Shown: positions 1 to 12,937 of the stretch, piece after piece | Layout: the number at the start of each line of letters is the position of its first letter | How positions within the stretch are numbered: position 1 is the stretch's first letter | Assembly: GCF_006345805.1 (NCBI RefSeq) | Contig: NC_043009.1 | Coordinates: forward strand, 41,788,001 to 41,852,000 | DNA length: 64,000 nucleotides | DNA from: Octopus sinensis | Lineage: Eukaryota | Direction of reading: 5' to 3' | Notes under the pieces: model-generated | What the model saw: only the letters and a program-made list of their open reading frames with translations | Told to the model about the DNA's origin: nothing | The model's database searches: none | Position numbers and translations under genes: made by a program

Positions 1-204
1 GTTATAAACAGGCTTTCATTAAATAAAAGAGACAAAAGCAGCAAAATATTTCCCTTGTATTTATTCAAGAACATTTTACGAGGAAGAGAAATTTAACACT
101 CAAGAAATATAGAAACGGATACTTTGGTTTCCTTCTTTTATAATAAATATTACGATTCATTTATATGTTGATGTTGATATTGTTGTTGTTGGTGGTGGTG
201 ATGA

Positions 205-422
205 TGTTAGTCATTTAACCATTTGAGCACAAGTATGATCAAGCAAATCTATGATCAAAAGCCTTCCACCTGCAGCTATCGTGATCCATGCAAAGCGTAT
301 ACAAGAGAGCATTATTCAACGCATCCTCCCTTCATTTTTAAAACTTTAGGGTGAGTACTGAGAGGGACTCTGTCACTATTTCTAGTACGTCAAGCCACAA
401 TGTAGACTCTCCCTCGTTGGCT
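205..422 (-). mobile_element. Degenerate interspersed repeat (SINE-tail-like family)
   Basis: The segment ctatttctagtacgtcaagccac...ccctcgttgg has related, diverged copies near 5850-5895 and, in opposite orientation, at 31170-31225 (ggtcattcaacctgctagaaatag). Strand assignment is tentative. Confidence 0.45.
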
Positions 423-577
423 CACATTTCACTTATATTATGTTATCGTGCTGGTGGACATATATCGATAGTATGTGATTGGCGATTTTCAGAATGTAAC
501 GGTGGTGCTAAAGGGTGACTGCAGCCGCATGGCTGAACCGCATAAGACAAATAAGATATTTAATACGCCACACCAAT

Positions 578-813
578 AAGGCGGCAAGCTGGCAGAACCG
601 TTAGCACACCGGGCGAAATGCTTAGCGGTAGTTCATCTGCCGTTACGTTCTGAGTTCAAATTCCGCCGAGGTCGACTTTGCCTTTCATCCTTTTCAGGGT
701 CGATAAATTAAGTACCACTTACGCACTTGAGTCGATATAATCGACTTAATCCGTTTGTCTGTCCTTGCTTGTCTCCTCTGTGTTTAGTCCCTTGTGGGTA
801 GTAAAGAAATATA
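578..813 (+). mobile_element. tRNA-derived SINE, family A (Meta-like central domain), with 17-bp TSD
   Basis: A-box tggcagaaccgttag and B-box gagttcaaattcc are present. The central gcctttcatcc...gtcgataaattaagtacca resembles the MetaSINE domain as recalled. TSD taatacgcca(c/a)accaat lies at 561-577 and 814-830. About ten copies occur in the window. Confidence 0.9.
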
Positions 814-1702
814 TAATACGCCAAACCAATGTCTCTTGTAAAGAAAAAAGAGCAGCAAAACTGAAGAAACGACAACAAGAACATCAGCAATAATAAAAAC
901 AATAACAATGATTTTGTTATTACGTTAAGAATTCGTTTATTCCTTTATTGAATTTCCAGTCTGATCTTTCTGCGTATAGAACAATGTATGTCAACTTAAA
1001 GAGCAGATAATATCATCGTTTATGATAAAGCTAAATATAAAACGAGAAAATTGAAGAACTAGTAACTGGAAATCGCCAACATGGCAGTTAGAGAGAGAGA
1101 GAGAGGGGGAGGGAAAGAAGGAGCGAGAAAGAACGTAGTGGCGGAAGCAGGACTTTAAATTGCTCCCCTTCTAACCGGATTCTGACGTTTCTTTATTTGC
1201 AAAAGAAGTGTGCGGCAGACTAACTGCAAAACGAAGTGTAAAGTAATGGTCAACGTTGTAAAGAACGGAGTAGCTAAATGCATTATTTGATACTAGCGGT
1301 AGTTGGAGAAGCCTGAATGGCAGTCGGAGGAGGGGGCTTCTGTGGGTGTCGGAGGAGGGCATGAGTGGTAGTCGGAGGAGAAGAATGAGTGGTAATTTCC
1401 GTATTGAGCGAGATTTGCTGAAAGAATTAATCAGTTGTACATTTGAAGCGAAGACTTAAAACTTGAATTGATTTTTCCGGATTTAGAAGTGAGGGAAATA
1501 ATATAATTTCATGTAACAATACGCTCAATTTGTCTGAAACAATTTACAGCCTGGACCAGTGTTCCGTGGTTTTATTGAAACTGGGCACTTTTACTCTAAC
1601 AACAGCGCTTGGTCAATAGACAGCCCAGAGACTGACGATTATAAAAAGAGCGATGCGTATATGTACAGATATACGTACAGGCATCGCGTATGCATTTATA
1701 TG

Positions 1703-1744
<42 letters not shown>

Positions 1745-1819
1745 TGTGTGCGTGTATGACATATATATGAATATATGTTTGGCGGGAGAGAGAAAACGAA
1801 GAAAACGGAAGATAGATGA

Positions 1820-1832
1820 AATAATAATGATG

Positions 1833-1890
<58 letters not shown>

Positions 1891-1908
1891 TGATGATGAT
1901 GATGATGA

Positions 1909-1958
<50 letters not shown>

Positions 1959-1999
1959 CGACGACGACGACGACGATGGTGATGATGATGATGACGATG

Positions 2000-2045
<46 letters not shown>

Positions 2046-2060
2046 TAGTAATAATAATAA
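1820..2060. repeat. Compound (AAT)n/(GAT)n/(GAC)n microsatellite
   Basis: Seen directly; it explains the ORFs 1596..2114 and 1653..1913. Confidence 0.97.
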
Positions 2061-3404
2061 TTGCACTGCTATCTCAATAATAATAGTAATAATGAAGGGA
2101 TAAACAAAGAACATGTAAATAAGAATAAGACAGAGTTAGGAAGAGAGAGAGAGAGATGCAGGGAGAGAGAGAGAAAGAGAAAAGAAAGAGAAAGTGGAAG
2201 GAACGAAATGGGGAAGGACTAGATGAAATGTTATATATAGAATCAATGCTCAACTGAGTGTATACTGATTGGGATTAGTTAGTTAAAAGACAGGTATTTT
2301 AGGATGTTTTGTCGTGTGAGAAGGATAGATGTCAATCAGTTATAATTAAATTATTAAACAAAAATGGCCGAATGCTGGTTGTAGCGAAGTTAAAATGGTT
2401 TTAATAGAAAATTTATTACTGTTAAACAAAAACATAACAATCATAATCCGAGAGGAGAGAGATAGTGAAGGAAATAAAGAGAGAACAAATTTCTAAAACT
2501 GGAAATTTTAAATATGTTTAGCATTTAAATTGAATAGTTTTATAAATTGTGTTAAAATGGCGAGCCAATTGAGATCGCCATTACACGGAAGAAGTATAAC
2601 GTTTTGTTGTTAAAATCGGTTCTGACCGGCTAGAATTATTATAGCTTCATTCTTTGCAATCTGTGCTGTTCTGGATTCTTCTCTTTTGATGTGGGAATTT
2701 CTGGTTTTAATACAAAAGCGATTTCAGTACATTACTGGATGATTTGCTGCCGTATAGATTCGCGATTAACGAAAATAGACGGCAAATTGACAGATCTTTT
2801 AGAGCGTTGGATACAATGCGTTTTATTATTTATTACAACTCTCTTTGTTTAAAGTTCAAATCCCACTGAGGCCAATCTTTCTTTTCATTTCTTCGCACTT
2901 GATGAAAAGTACCTTAAAACGCACAACCCCACATTTAAAAAGCTGGCTCAAAAGTGCGGCCCTTGAATATACGCTACTGAAATTGGGGTATGCACCTTTT
3001 ATGCTATAAAATGCGGTATTAATCCAGGGATTGGCTTGGCGGAAGAATAAGGAAACCGGACCAGATGACTTGCAGCATTTGTCCCGGTTCTTTACATTCA
3101 GAGTTCAAGACCCACCAGTGTCTAGTTAACCTGATTGGCTGTTAATTTAACAGCACCACCACCTGGTACCTTGGATACTTTGAAAGTACACTTGGGGACA
3201 CTTTGAAATTAAACGGGACCGGTCTTTGGTTTGAAGATAAGTTTCACATTCCCTTCCAAGTCTTGAGGCTATGTGAAAGGTCACAGGTGGCATATTCCGT
3301 CCGAATTAAAAATCGTTGAAAAGAAGATATAAACCACGTGTTTTAATTTTCGATCAGATGAGAACAATTAAATTATTACTGATCCGAAGATATAAGGACA
3401 GCTA

Positions 3405-3720
3405 CAGGTATCACTGTGTGGATAAGAAGCTGGTTTTGCAGCCCCTTGGCTTCGAGTGCAGTCCCACTTCACGGCACAGTGGGCAAGTGTCTTGTAGTAT
3501 AGCCCCCTGAGTAGATTCGATAGACTAAAACTTGCGTATATATATGTGTGTATGTATGTGTGTGTGGGATCTCGTTTTTGAATTTGTGCTTGTCCGCCAC
3601 CACTGCCTGATATTTGGCGTTGGTTTGTTTGTATAACGTAGCTTAGCGATACGGCAAAAGAAATTGTTGGAATTAGTACAAATCTTTAAAAACTACGTAC
3701 TAAGGTCGATATGTAGAGAT
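3405..3720 (+). mobile_element. Degenerate SINE family B
   Basis: Diverged match to the 21878-22290 copy: cagtcccact, gggcaagtgtctt, an internal (TG)n tract and cttagcg...cggcaaaaga. Confidence 0.7.
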
Positions 3721-4139
3721 TTTAAAAAAGCTGATATATGTAGAATTTTTCTTTTGATTATTAGATATTTCAAAAAAATTACTGAAGAAAAAAAAACAGA
3801 ATGTCATAAACTTTTGGAGAAGAATTCTTCGTATAACGGGCATTTCGTTTGTAAGCGCTTTCGTTGTTCAACTTCTTAAACATACGTGCTGTAGGTTTAA
3901 TCCGCGAACAACTTCCTCTTTACGGATTCACCCAGAATACGTGTGTCTGAAAAGTTGAACAAAGAAAGCACATAAACACAAAATATATATTCTGCGAAAA
4001 CTTCTTCACCGAAGATTTGCGACAATCTGGCTTTTCAAAATTTTTTTTTTTAGTACTTAATAACTTTAAAATGATCTTCCTTTATATTTTGTGACTAGCT
4101 AGTATTTTTTTGCAAAATAACTTATATATTATATATATT

Positions 4140-4197
<58 letters not shown>

Positions 4198-4230
4198 TTT
4201 GTGTGTGTGTGTGTGTGTGTGTACATATGT

Positions 4231-4277
<47 letters not shown>

Positions 4278-4681
4278 CATACATACATGCTTACATATGC
4301 ATGCACACATACACATATACAAATACACACGCTCACTCACATACATATACATATACATATTTGAAAATCTATGAGGATTATTTAATATAGTTTTTGAAGT
4401 GTAAAGGCGATCTATTTAGAAACTATTTTTTTAAAAAAGTTATGAAATCTTTTATGAAGATGTTACTAATCCTTTTTGAGAAGAAGTTTTTTTCTAGTGT
4501 GTGAGCGGTTTCGTTGAAAGTGTAGCTTAGCAGTGATTAATGCTTTTATTTTGGCATCCACGAAACACACAGAGTACAAAGCGACTGACTTGACCAGAAT
4601 AAAATATATTTATGTATTTCTCTTTTACCTCTCTTTCTCTCTCTCTCTCTCTATATTATATATCTAAATATATATATATAT

Positions 4682-5170
4682 TATATTAAATTAAGATAAA
4701 ACCACTATTAGGAAATCAAACATGAAAAACATGCCAATACATAAAATATATCTATATATATCCACCAAAATTAAGAGGAATCCACTAATGTTGACAAGCC
4801 TGTATGCTAGATATAGACTCACTCGTCATTTCCCACGAAGAATGTGTTTTCAAACCCAAATCGCGATTAAAAATAAGACAAATGAAAATATACAAAATAA
4901 AAAAAAACTTACTACTTACTAATTAGTTTCACTTGTTAATATTTACGTATATGGATACGCAAAAAGCTGCAAGATCATCGGCGTAGTCTGTGGTTTACTG
5001 ACAATTTCCAAACTAGATACAGGGCGCTCGAACCGCAATCCAGCATGCATAAAGTCCAACAAATTTATTTATTTGTATCCATCAAATACTTTGGCGCTGA
5101 GTCAAAATTATCTGCGTTAAGAACTACAGCAAGGATGTCCCCGGCTAGAGAACATTTTTTATATAAAATT
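4682..5170 (-). mobile_element. Non-coding repeat in (TA)n carrying a hammerhead motif (Penelope pLTR-like)
   Basis: Flanked by (TA)n. Its start attaaattaagataaaaccactatta recurs at 19561-19625. It contains the HHR at 4911-4987. Confidence 0.6.
4911..4987 (-). ncRNA. Type I hammerhead ribozyme motif (core CCGAUGA variant)
   Basis: Minus strand reads actacg CCGATGA t-cttg...ttgcgtat ccat atacgtaa...caag-t GAAA ctaattag TA agtagt. Stem I is actac/gtagt, stem III is palindromic (actaattagt) and the cleavage triplet is GUA. The core has U4->C. Confidence 0.7.
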
Positions 5171-5387
5171 AAATATAGAAATTGATATTAATATATATAT
5201 ATATATAGATATATATATATTAAATTCAAATTACGATGAATGTACAAACAAACGAAGTTTGCTTTAGAAGCGTTGAGATGTCTTAAGAAGTTAATTATGT
5301 GATTTTAAATTCTCAAACGCAAGATAATGCAGGATAATAATATAGCCTGAACAGGATAAGCTACCCCTATTTTGCAGAAAAAAGTGT

Positions 5388-5468
5388 TGGCGGCCGGCTA
5401 TGAGACTCGAACTCACACCTCTGTGATGACGCGTCACGGTGCACTGAACCAAATAAGCTAAACCGCAC
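5388..5468 (-). pseudogene. tRNA-like element (possibly Thr-CGT derived) with Pol III boxes and T6 terminator
   Basis: Minus strand has A-box TAGCTTATTTGG, anticodon arm GTGA-cgcgtca-TCAC and T-arm GTGAG-TTCGAGT-CTCAT. It ends in ...GCCA, followed 4 nt later by TTTTTT (5378-5383). The acceptor stem is imperfect. Confidence 0.6.
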
Positions 5469-6094
5469 ACATCACAAATTCTTACGCAAATTTAAGATAT
5501 ATAGAAATCTCGATTTATAACACGCTATCACACATACACACACATATTATACTATTGTCTATATTCTTTATATACACACACAAACACATAAAAACGAGCT
5601 CACATATATGTAAATGTGATCATGCACTCGACAGTTGTCGAAGTCATTTGCACTTTTTACATGCATTAAATAATTTAAAGTTCAGTGATGTATTTCAGCA
5701 ATGCTGTTGTTTAACCCATGGTCAGCATCCTTCCAGTGAATCAAGAAGAAAGTGTGGCCGCCGTGTGTGTACCATTATTTGCTTACAGACACAATATGAG
5801 AATACATTGCTTAATATATTTTGTTCTTAAGACAATAGACTGTAACTAGAGGAAGATTTGATTTTTATTTCTGACAAATATAGTGGCCTCGTTGCTCGTG
5901 GTTTTGTGAAGTGTAGGAATTAAACCATCTTTGAGATTTGTGACCGTGTGATATGTTGACTTTTATTTTTTTTAATATGCTCTACAGGAAAGCAATTGGA
6001 TAAAATTATGTATAGATTTAGGTGCAGGGTGCAGCAGAAAAGCCTTTCATACAAAACTGTGTAACAAAATTTTTAATTATTTTCATCTTTGGCC

Positions 6095-6484
6095 GGTAAG
6101 TGTTATTTCCTATTTGCTTCTATCTAGAAATCAAAGGAAATGACTACTATTCCCTTCAAACTTTGCTTTTGTGACTGGGACATCAATGTTTTGAAACTGA
6201 CCTATTTTCTATTACACCTCACATAGATTTACCGCTGAGTTGCCGAAGCAGAAATACCGTTATAGCAAGTATTCTGCTCAATACCATAGATTTTCTTGAC
6301 CATAACCACTTGAGCATGCCGCTCTAGTGACTGACAGTATGTGGATATCTGGTCATGAGCAGGAGTAGTAGGGGAGCATCATAGCCATGTATTGAGAGGG
6401 ATTCTTTGGAGTTTGAAGAAATTCAAAAGTTTGAAGGAAATATTAGCCATTTTTCATACTTTCTAGGAAATAATAGTTGCTACC
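6095..6484. mobile_element. MITE-like element with imperfect TIRs enclosing a LINE-tail fragment
   Basis: aaatgactactattcccttcaaactttg (~6138-6165) is an imperfect inverse of caaaagtttgaaggaaatattagccattt (6424-6452). An outer ttatttccta/taggaaataa pair is also present. The internal 6262-6417 matches 55355-55522. Confidence 0.55.
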
Positions 6485-6897
6485 CAAGGACAAAAATCGT
6501 GTTAAACAGTGTAATTTACAGAGCTATTAATTAGGTAGTGGAGAAATTACACAGACTATGATAGTATCGTCATATAGTTCTCTTTTCTTTTTCTTATTTA
6601 CCAAAACCGTTGAAACCAGTGTACATCTTGTATTTGCTTCTGACACGTATATCAAAAATAGTGAATCTGGGTGGTGTTTTTTTGTGGCAACCTGTAAATA
6701 ATAATAAAAAAAACATTCGCCTACTTTATTTTCATTCGCTTTCACTTCTCCAATTGGCTAATGTGAGAACAAGGAAAAAGAAAAAAAGAAATGGCAAATT
6801 CTTCAAATAATCTTTTTATTCCTATTTTTACTTGAATGTCTCTTAATTTATGGAAAAATGATATAGACAGTAATATAATGCCTTTTAAAATACAGAC

Positions 6898-6943
<46 letters not shown>

Positions 6944-7384
6944 CATAAACACCAAAGAAAAAAAATAATAAATAACCAACAAAACACAACAAATGTGTTC
7001 TTTCTAATATTTATTTTATATAGAACGATGCAGAATAAAAGGCAAAAATCGAAAAAAAAAAAAAATGAAACTAGTGAAAACGAGAGACATTCAAGATAAC
7101 ATATATCGCAAACCATTCTAAATACTTTCGAATGTATTACCCTATCGGTGATGAGATGTTGTCTTATATTCTTTTAGAAAAATTGTCTATGGACGGTAAA
7201 ATGGATTACATATTGATGCTAGTTAAAAGTTTGCGATCTCACGTTGCCAATAATTCAACAATTACAGAGATAAAGAAAGAAGAAGAAAAAAAAAAGCTCA
7301 GAAAGAAATATATACAAGCGAAGCTATACCTCTAAATCATATAGATATAAAGAGAAAGAAATAGATAGATAGGTAGAGAATGAT

Positions 7385-7446
<62 letters not shown>

Positions 7447-7641
7447 TGAGTGTGAGAGCCAGGGAAAAGCTTCCGACGTCAAATATCTTTGCACACCAGA
7501 GATTGCGTCTGAATAACTTACAGTGATTCAAATATGAGAAGATTATTTGGCAATGAGGCAAACCGCTATGAAGCACAATCGGTAAATCTTAAACATTTGT
7601 ATGGATATTACTCACATACGTACATAAAAATGCTACGTATA

Positions 7642-7684
<43 letters not shown>

Positions 7685-7749
7685 GTATATATGTATATAT
7701 ATATATATATGTATATGTATATATATATGAATGTATATATATATATATT

Positions 7750-8155
7750 CCTTTATTCTTTTACTTGTTTCAGTCATTTGACGGCGTCCATGCTGGAGCA
7801 CCACCTTAAAGGGTGTTAGTCGAAGAAACTAACCCCAGGACTTATTCTTTGTAGGCCTAGGACTTATTCTGTCGGTCTCTTATTGCCGAACCGCTAAGTT
7901 ACGGGTACATAAACACACCAGTGATGGTTGGGGACAAACACAGACAGACATAAAGATACACATACACACACACACACTCACATTCATATATATACGACAA
8001 ACTTCTTCCAGTTTTCGTGTATGAAACTCACTCACAAGGCTGTAGTCGGCCCGAGGCTATAGTAGAAGACGCTTGCCCGAAGTGCCACGCAGTGAGACTG
8101 AACCCGGAAACATGTGGTCAGGAAGCAAGCTTCTTACCACACAGTCACGCCTGCC
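7750..8155 (-). mobile_element. SINE family B (tRNA/CORE-like head + internal microsatellite + tail)
   Basis: Reverse complement of the copy at 21878-22290. Confidence 0.88.
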
Positions 8156-8429
8156 TATATATTTCTATAAATAAAACTGAATTTGTGGTTGTGCGTGTGT
8201 GCGTGTATGTGTATGTGTGTGTTTGTGTGGTGGGTATCTACCTTAGGGATTCGTAAATTGAGTTGCCGATTTTGATGTATGAGGGATCAAAAGATTCAGT
8301 AATCTTTCGGCCACCAAATGAAGTATGTTTTTGCACTACTCCTTTTTACTACAAAAATAATCTCGAAAATGAGATCAGGTCGCACAATTTTGAAGTCATT
8401 TTCGGGCAATATTTGGATTTGCTTCTAAT

Positions 8430-8955
8430 CTACGTTGTAAATTTTAATGCTTTTGGTGCCAAAAATGCAGCAATGTACTATAAGTGTTATGAGTCCATTT
8501 ATAATGGACAAAACCCTAGTTGTCAACGGAAAATGACAACAGTTTTTTGAAACAATTATTAGCACATTTTTGTCAAAAATGGTCTCTGTGCTACAACTAA
8601 ACTGCCAATGTGAACGTGTTCTGTATTCCATGATTAAACAAAGACTTCGAAGTATTGTGATATCATTTCTTTGCACAAAGTCATATTTTTCAACAGAAAA
8701 TTGACTAATGAACCGTGTTCTTTCATAATTCTGATCGCTTTGACATTAGTACCGAAAACAATTTGTCCATGCAGATTTTCTTGGTAACAAACGACTCGGG
8801 AATGCCAAAGGAGCGTTCTCAGATTTTAATTCAATAAGATTTCCCCAAGGATTAAGCACAGTAAGAGCATATATACGTTCAAGTGTGGTAAAGACATGAA
8901 GCAATGACTAAAACGTTTCGAGCTTTTTGCCTTTAGCATTTCTCTCTTCATTCGA
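8430..8955 (+). pseudogene. Possible highly decayed Penelope-like GIY-YIG endonuclease end with adjacent degenerate HHR
   Basis: Translation gives AKNAAMYYKCYESIYNGQ (cf. SKNVIY..C..C..YIGQ) and KERSQILIQ*DFPKGLS (cf. RE..WI..L.T..P.GLN). Minus-strand cgaatga agag...ctc GAAA cg TT lies at ~8906-8955. Confidence 0.3.
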
Positions 8956-9417
8956 CCCAATTTACGCAAAATTGCTTATCGTTGTTAGTATATATTCATG
9001 CCTATTATTCATTCCATAAGCCGCAAAGTTCGTAACGATTTTGCTACAATCTCCTTATTTTTCACCGTGGTTGAGCATGTACTATAATGCGGGTGGTGCG
9101 ATGGAAAACAAAAGTCTGACCAGATAACCTCAGAGAAGAAAACAACACCACGCATCAATGCAAGGGTAAATTAAGATCAGATACACATATGAGTCCGCCC
9201 ACAGTGCATGTCACTTTTTGGTCGGGATGCACACCGTGTTCACTGATTGGTACAATTGCAATTCAATTTTTCCGTAGCAGAGGCATGTACTGCAAAACCA
9301 GTGGTGTTGCTGGATCGTGGTGTTGCTGTTATCAACGACCTTGGCATCGTGTGTGGTGGTGTGTACGTTCCGCTTGTACGCGAAAATCGAGTGTGTGTGT
9401 GTGTGTGTGTGTATATA

Positions 9418-9630
9418 ATCTTTTACTCTAGGCACATGGCCGGGAATTTTGGGGGAGATCAATTTTTCGATTAGATCAACCTCAGTAAGCAACTTGTACT
9501 TAATTCATCAACCCCGAAGGGATGAATTGCAAAGTGGACCTCGGAGGAATATGAACTCAGAACGTAAAGACAAACGAAATACCGCTAAGCATTTCGCCCG
9601 GTGTGGTAACGTTTCTACCAGCTCGCCTTA
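9418..9630 (-). mobile_element. SINE family A (alternative tail)
   Basis: Reverse complement of the family A head and central domain, ending ...accagctcgcctta. Confidence 0.85.
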
Positions 9631-10339
9631 TGTATACATACATACATACATACATACATACTACATACATACATACATACATACATATATGTACAATACA
9701 ATGTGGCTGTGGGTCATAAGACGCGGGCATAAATACATACATACATACATACATACATACATACATACATACATACATACATACATACATACGTACGTAC
9801 GTACATATATATATACACACCACTGTCTTCGCAAATAGAGAGTGTAGGCAATATAAGAATTTCATCCCGTCGTCTGCTATATTAATTATATAAACAATAG
9901 CATACTTTGATATTATGTAGATTGCGTTCAATTTTGACAGGCCCACCGTTACATGTAATTTTAGATTGTTAGTCTTAGACTAACAAATGAAGGTTGTGAT
10001 GTCGCTCTGGTGTACTTGTTAGCACAGCTATAGCGTTTACAGCAGGTAAAGCGCTTGGTTTCTGCAGCCGATGGTAGAAATTGTATATCTTCTAATTCAT
10101 GCATGAGTATGTATGCATATAGATGTGAACATCCGTAAATAAGTAAGTATAGTTCAACATTACACACTTGTAAGTATCTATGTAGATATATATATGTATT
10201 TATGTACACTTCTATGTATGTATGTATGTATGTATCTATCTATCTATCTATATATATATATATATATATATATGTACTTGCATGCGTGTGTGTGGTTATG
10301 TGTGTTAATGTTAGTGTTACTAAAGTACGAATCTATAAA

Positions 10340-11090
10340 GAGCAACGAGTATCTACCGATAGATACAAATTTGTTATACATAGCAAATTAATTGGTAGTT
10401 CGAGTTTCACCTCTTTTGGTTTATTCAACAAGTGATCGGAATATAACATTCGTTGATATTTATACAAGTACAACTTACAAATGGAGTGAATATGTGTAGG
10501 ATGTGCAGGCGTGGCTATGTAAAACAAAAACAACCAAGTATTGCATCATTAAAAGGGCTCTTCTGTCAGTATCACAACGCTTTTAAGTATTTCAAATACA
10601 AATGCGCACATCTGAGATCATATTTTCTTATTCATTGTCAGAGTTAGGGGTTTATCGAAAATAAAGCTTCAACTTTAGGCTGCTTCTTGGTGTTTCTGCT
10701 TCAAAATTCTGCTAATTTCCTACTTTTTCATTCGTTTCTTCTTTGTTTTTATCGTAGCTTAACCCTTGACCCTGTCAGATTATAGTTTTAAAAACACCAC
10801 CCAGAGTTGTTAATTTCATAATTTCCTATATCAGAAAATACGGTGCATTGTCTAATATACCCGAACAGTTTCAAAATAGCACTGATTAATTCGAAGGGTC
10901 TTCAACAAAAGTCTTGCAGCGAACTATTTGTAAGAATGACTGTTATGCAAGACTTCAAACTACTGTTCCGACTACCAATTACGAAAGGAGTATGTGATGA
11001 CACAGAGAAAGTGCAGGTACAACTGTGCACAATTGAATAGCAATGACATAAATGCATTGCTTGCGACGAAAGCTAAGTCGGAAAGTACTT
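10340..11090 (+). pseudogene. Decayed Penelope-like element (RT C-terminus to GIY-YIG)
   Basis: Frameshifted peptides occur in the expected order: VDIYTSTT...CIIKRALLSVS (cf. TDIYRKPT...CLI.RA..ICS), FIISYIRKY (cf. F.LPYIG), SELF, and KCIACDES*VGK (cf. C..C...YVG.T). Confidence 0.4.
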
Positions 11091-11381
11091 ATATATAGAG
11101 GAAATTTGAATGACCTAAATCTTTTAATGAAAATATTATACCTATTTTTCCAATAGGTTCTGTAGGTTACGTCGGATAGGATTGGATAAACCTGTGGTTC
11201 CAGCGGATGGGTAGTAAGTATCAAATAGAATATTCCGATTGTGTACACAGAGAAAACCGACCCTATAAGTATTTAGCGCTTAGAGGCTGGTCCAAATCAA
11301 GCGTTACCTTGAATTGTACGTTGTTTGTATACTCTAGGGTGTCTGACAAGTAGTAAATGCTCTTGGTGTATTACAATCAAA

Positions 11382-11759
11382 TGAATAATAACAGACGATG
11401 CATAACTGTCAGTTCATTACAGCTGTTTCTTGCGAATTTTCTAATAGAAGAATGAGAAGATTATTTCATTACAAAGAAAAAACCAACATAATCTTCAGAT
11501 GAATCTTAATTTTACAAACAAAAGAAAACCTCAAGAATACAGCAGGGACGTGGTTGAAGTTTTGTTGAGGCTAAATATGAAAACAGAGAAAAAAGAAAGC
11601 CACGTTCCTGCTAAATTCTTAAGATATTTTTTTTGTTTGTAAAATTACGTTTCATCTGATGACGATGTTTTTTTTTTGTAATGTTCTCATTCTTCTATTT
11701 AAAAAGAGTAAGAAACAGCTGTGATGAGATGACAATTATCCATCGTCTGTTATTATTCA
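11382..11759. repeat. Diverged inverted repeat (~165-bp arms), each arm carrying a hammerhead motif
   Basis: tgaataataacagacgatg...cagcagggacgtgg (11382-11553) is inverted relative to ccacgttcctgct...catcgtctgttattattca (11600-11759). Confidence 0.88.
11413..11503 (-). ncRNA. Type I hammerhead motif (long, poorly paired stem II)
   Basis: Minus strand reads ttcat CTGAAGA ...~60 nt... GAAA cagctg TA atgaa. Stem I is 5 bp and stem III is palindromic. The plus-strand partner at 11651-11728 has CTGATGA but GTG at the cleavage triplet. Confidence 0.6.
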
Positions 11760-12642
11760 CTGGAGTATATATATATATATATATATATATGGTGTGTGTA
11801 TGTATTAGATCTTGTGAGTGTGCGTATATATATGCTCGATTGTCTAATGATATGTGAATACATTGCTAAAATTTTGTACGAATTGATGTCTCTGTGTGCG
11901 TGCGGTTAGTTATATTTTGCGTATTTTACGTATATCCACTCTCATAAATGTATATGCAAGTATACTTTTGTGGAAAATTTTTAATGTTTCTTTTATGTTT
12001 TTCATTGCATGGCTGGTGAAATATATTTAAAAAGAAAAAGAAAATCAGAGAGCAAAGAATAGAAGATAGAGGAATAAAATTTATGTGAATTATATCTAAG
12101 ATAGCTAAAACAAAATTATTTAGAGACTCTTTGAAAAATGCTTATAACAAAAATAATTTTTAGGACCCATGCAGAGATAATATAGCTTTCGACTGGTCTT
12201 TATATTGTTTAATAGACAACATAAATCCTGGTTGTGTGTAGATCTTTATCAAGATTTTAATACAACGAATGTCTATTTGCTACCGTTACATTGACGTCAA
12301 TCACAGAGCATTGCAATATTTGAAATGTGGGAATTCTCTCTAAAACAGAGCAGAATGTAATCTCATGTTTAAATATGTAAATGTATTTCGGTCATAGCTG
12401 AATGTTCGGGATGAAACGAAGAAGCGTAAACTAATAAATTAGACACACACACACACACACATACACACACACATACACACACACACATACACATACACAC
12501 ACACACACACGCACACAAACACACACAGGCATACATGTACAAGCACAAAAAACGAAATCACTCAGAATGACATATACGCGCATGCAAAAAAGCGAATTCA
12601 CACATACACAGACATGCACAGAGACAATTACACACAAGCACT

Positions 12643-12705
<63 letters not shown>

Positions 12706-12885
12706 CACACACACAAACACACACACAAACACATACGCAGAAACACACATACATGCGTACAGAAGTAAACATGAATAGAAATGCATGTATATGTGTCTGT
12801 GTGTTTGTATGTGTGTGTGAGTATGCCTATACACACATATATATATATATATATGCTTAAATGTGCGTATATTTATTTGTTCTGC

Positions 12886-12937
<52 letters not shown>

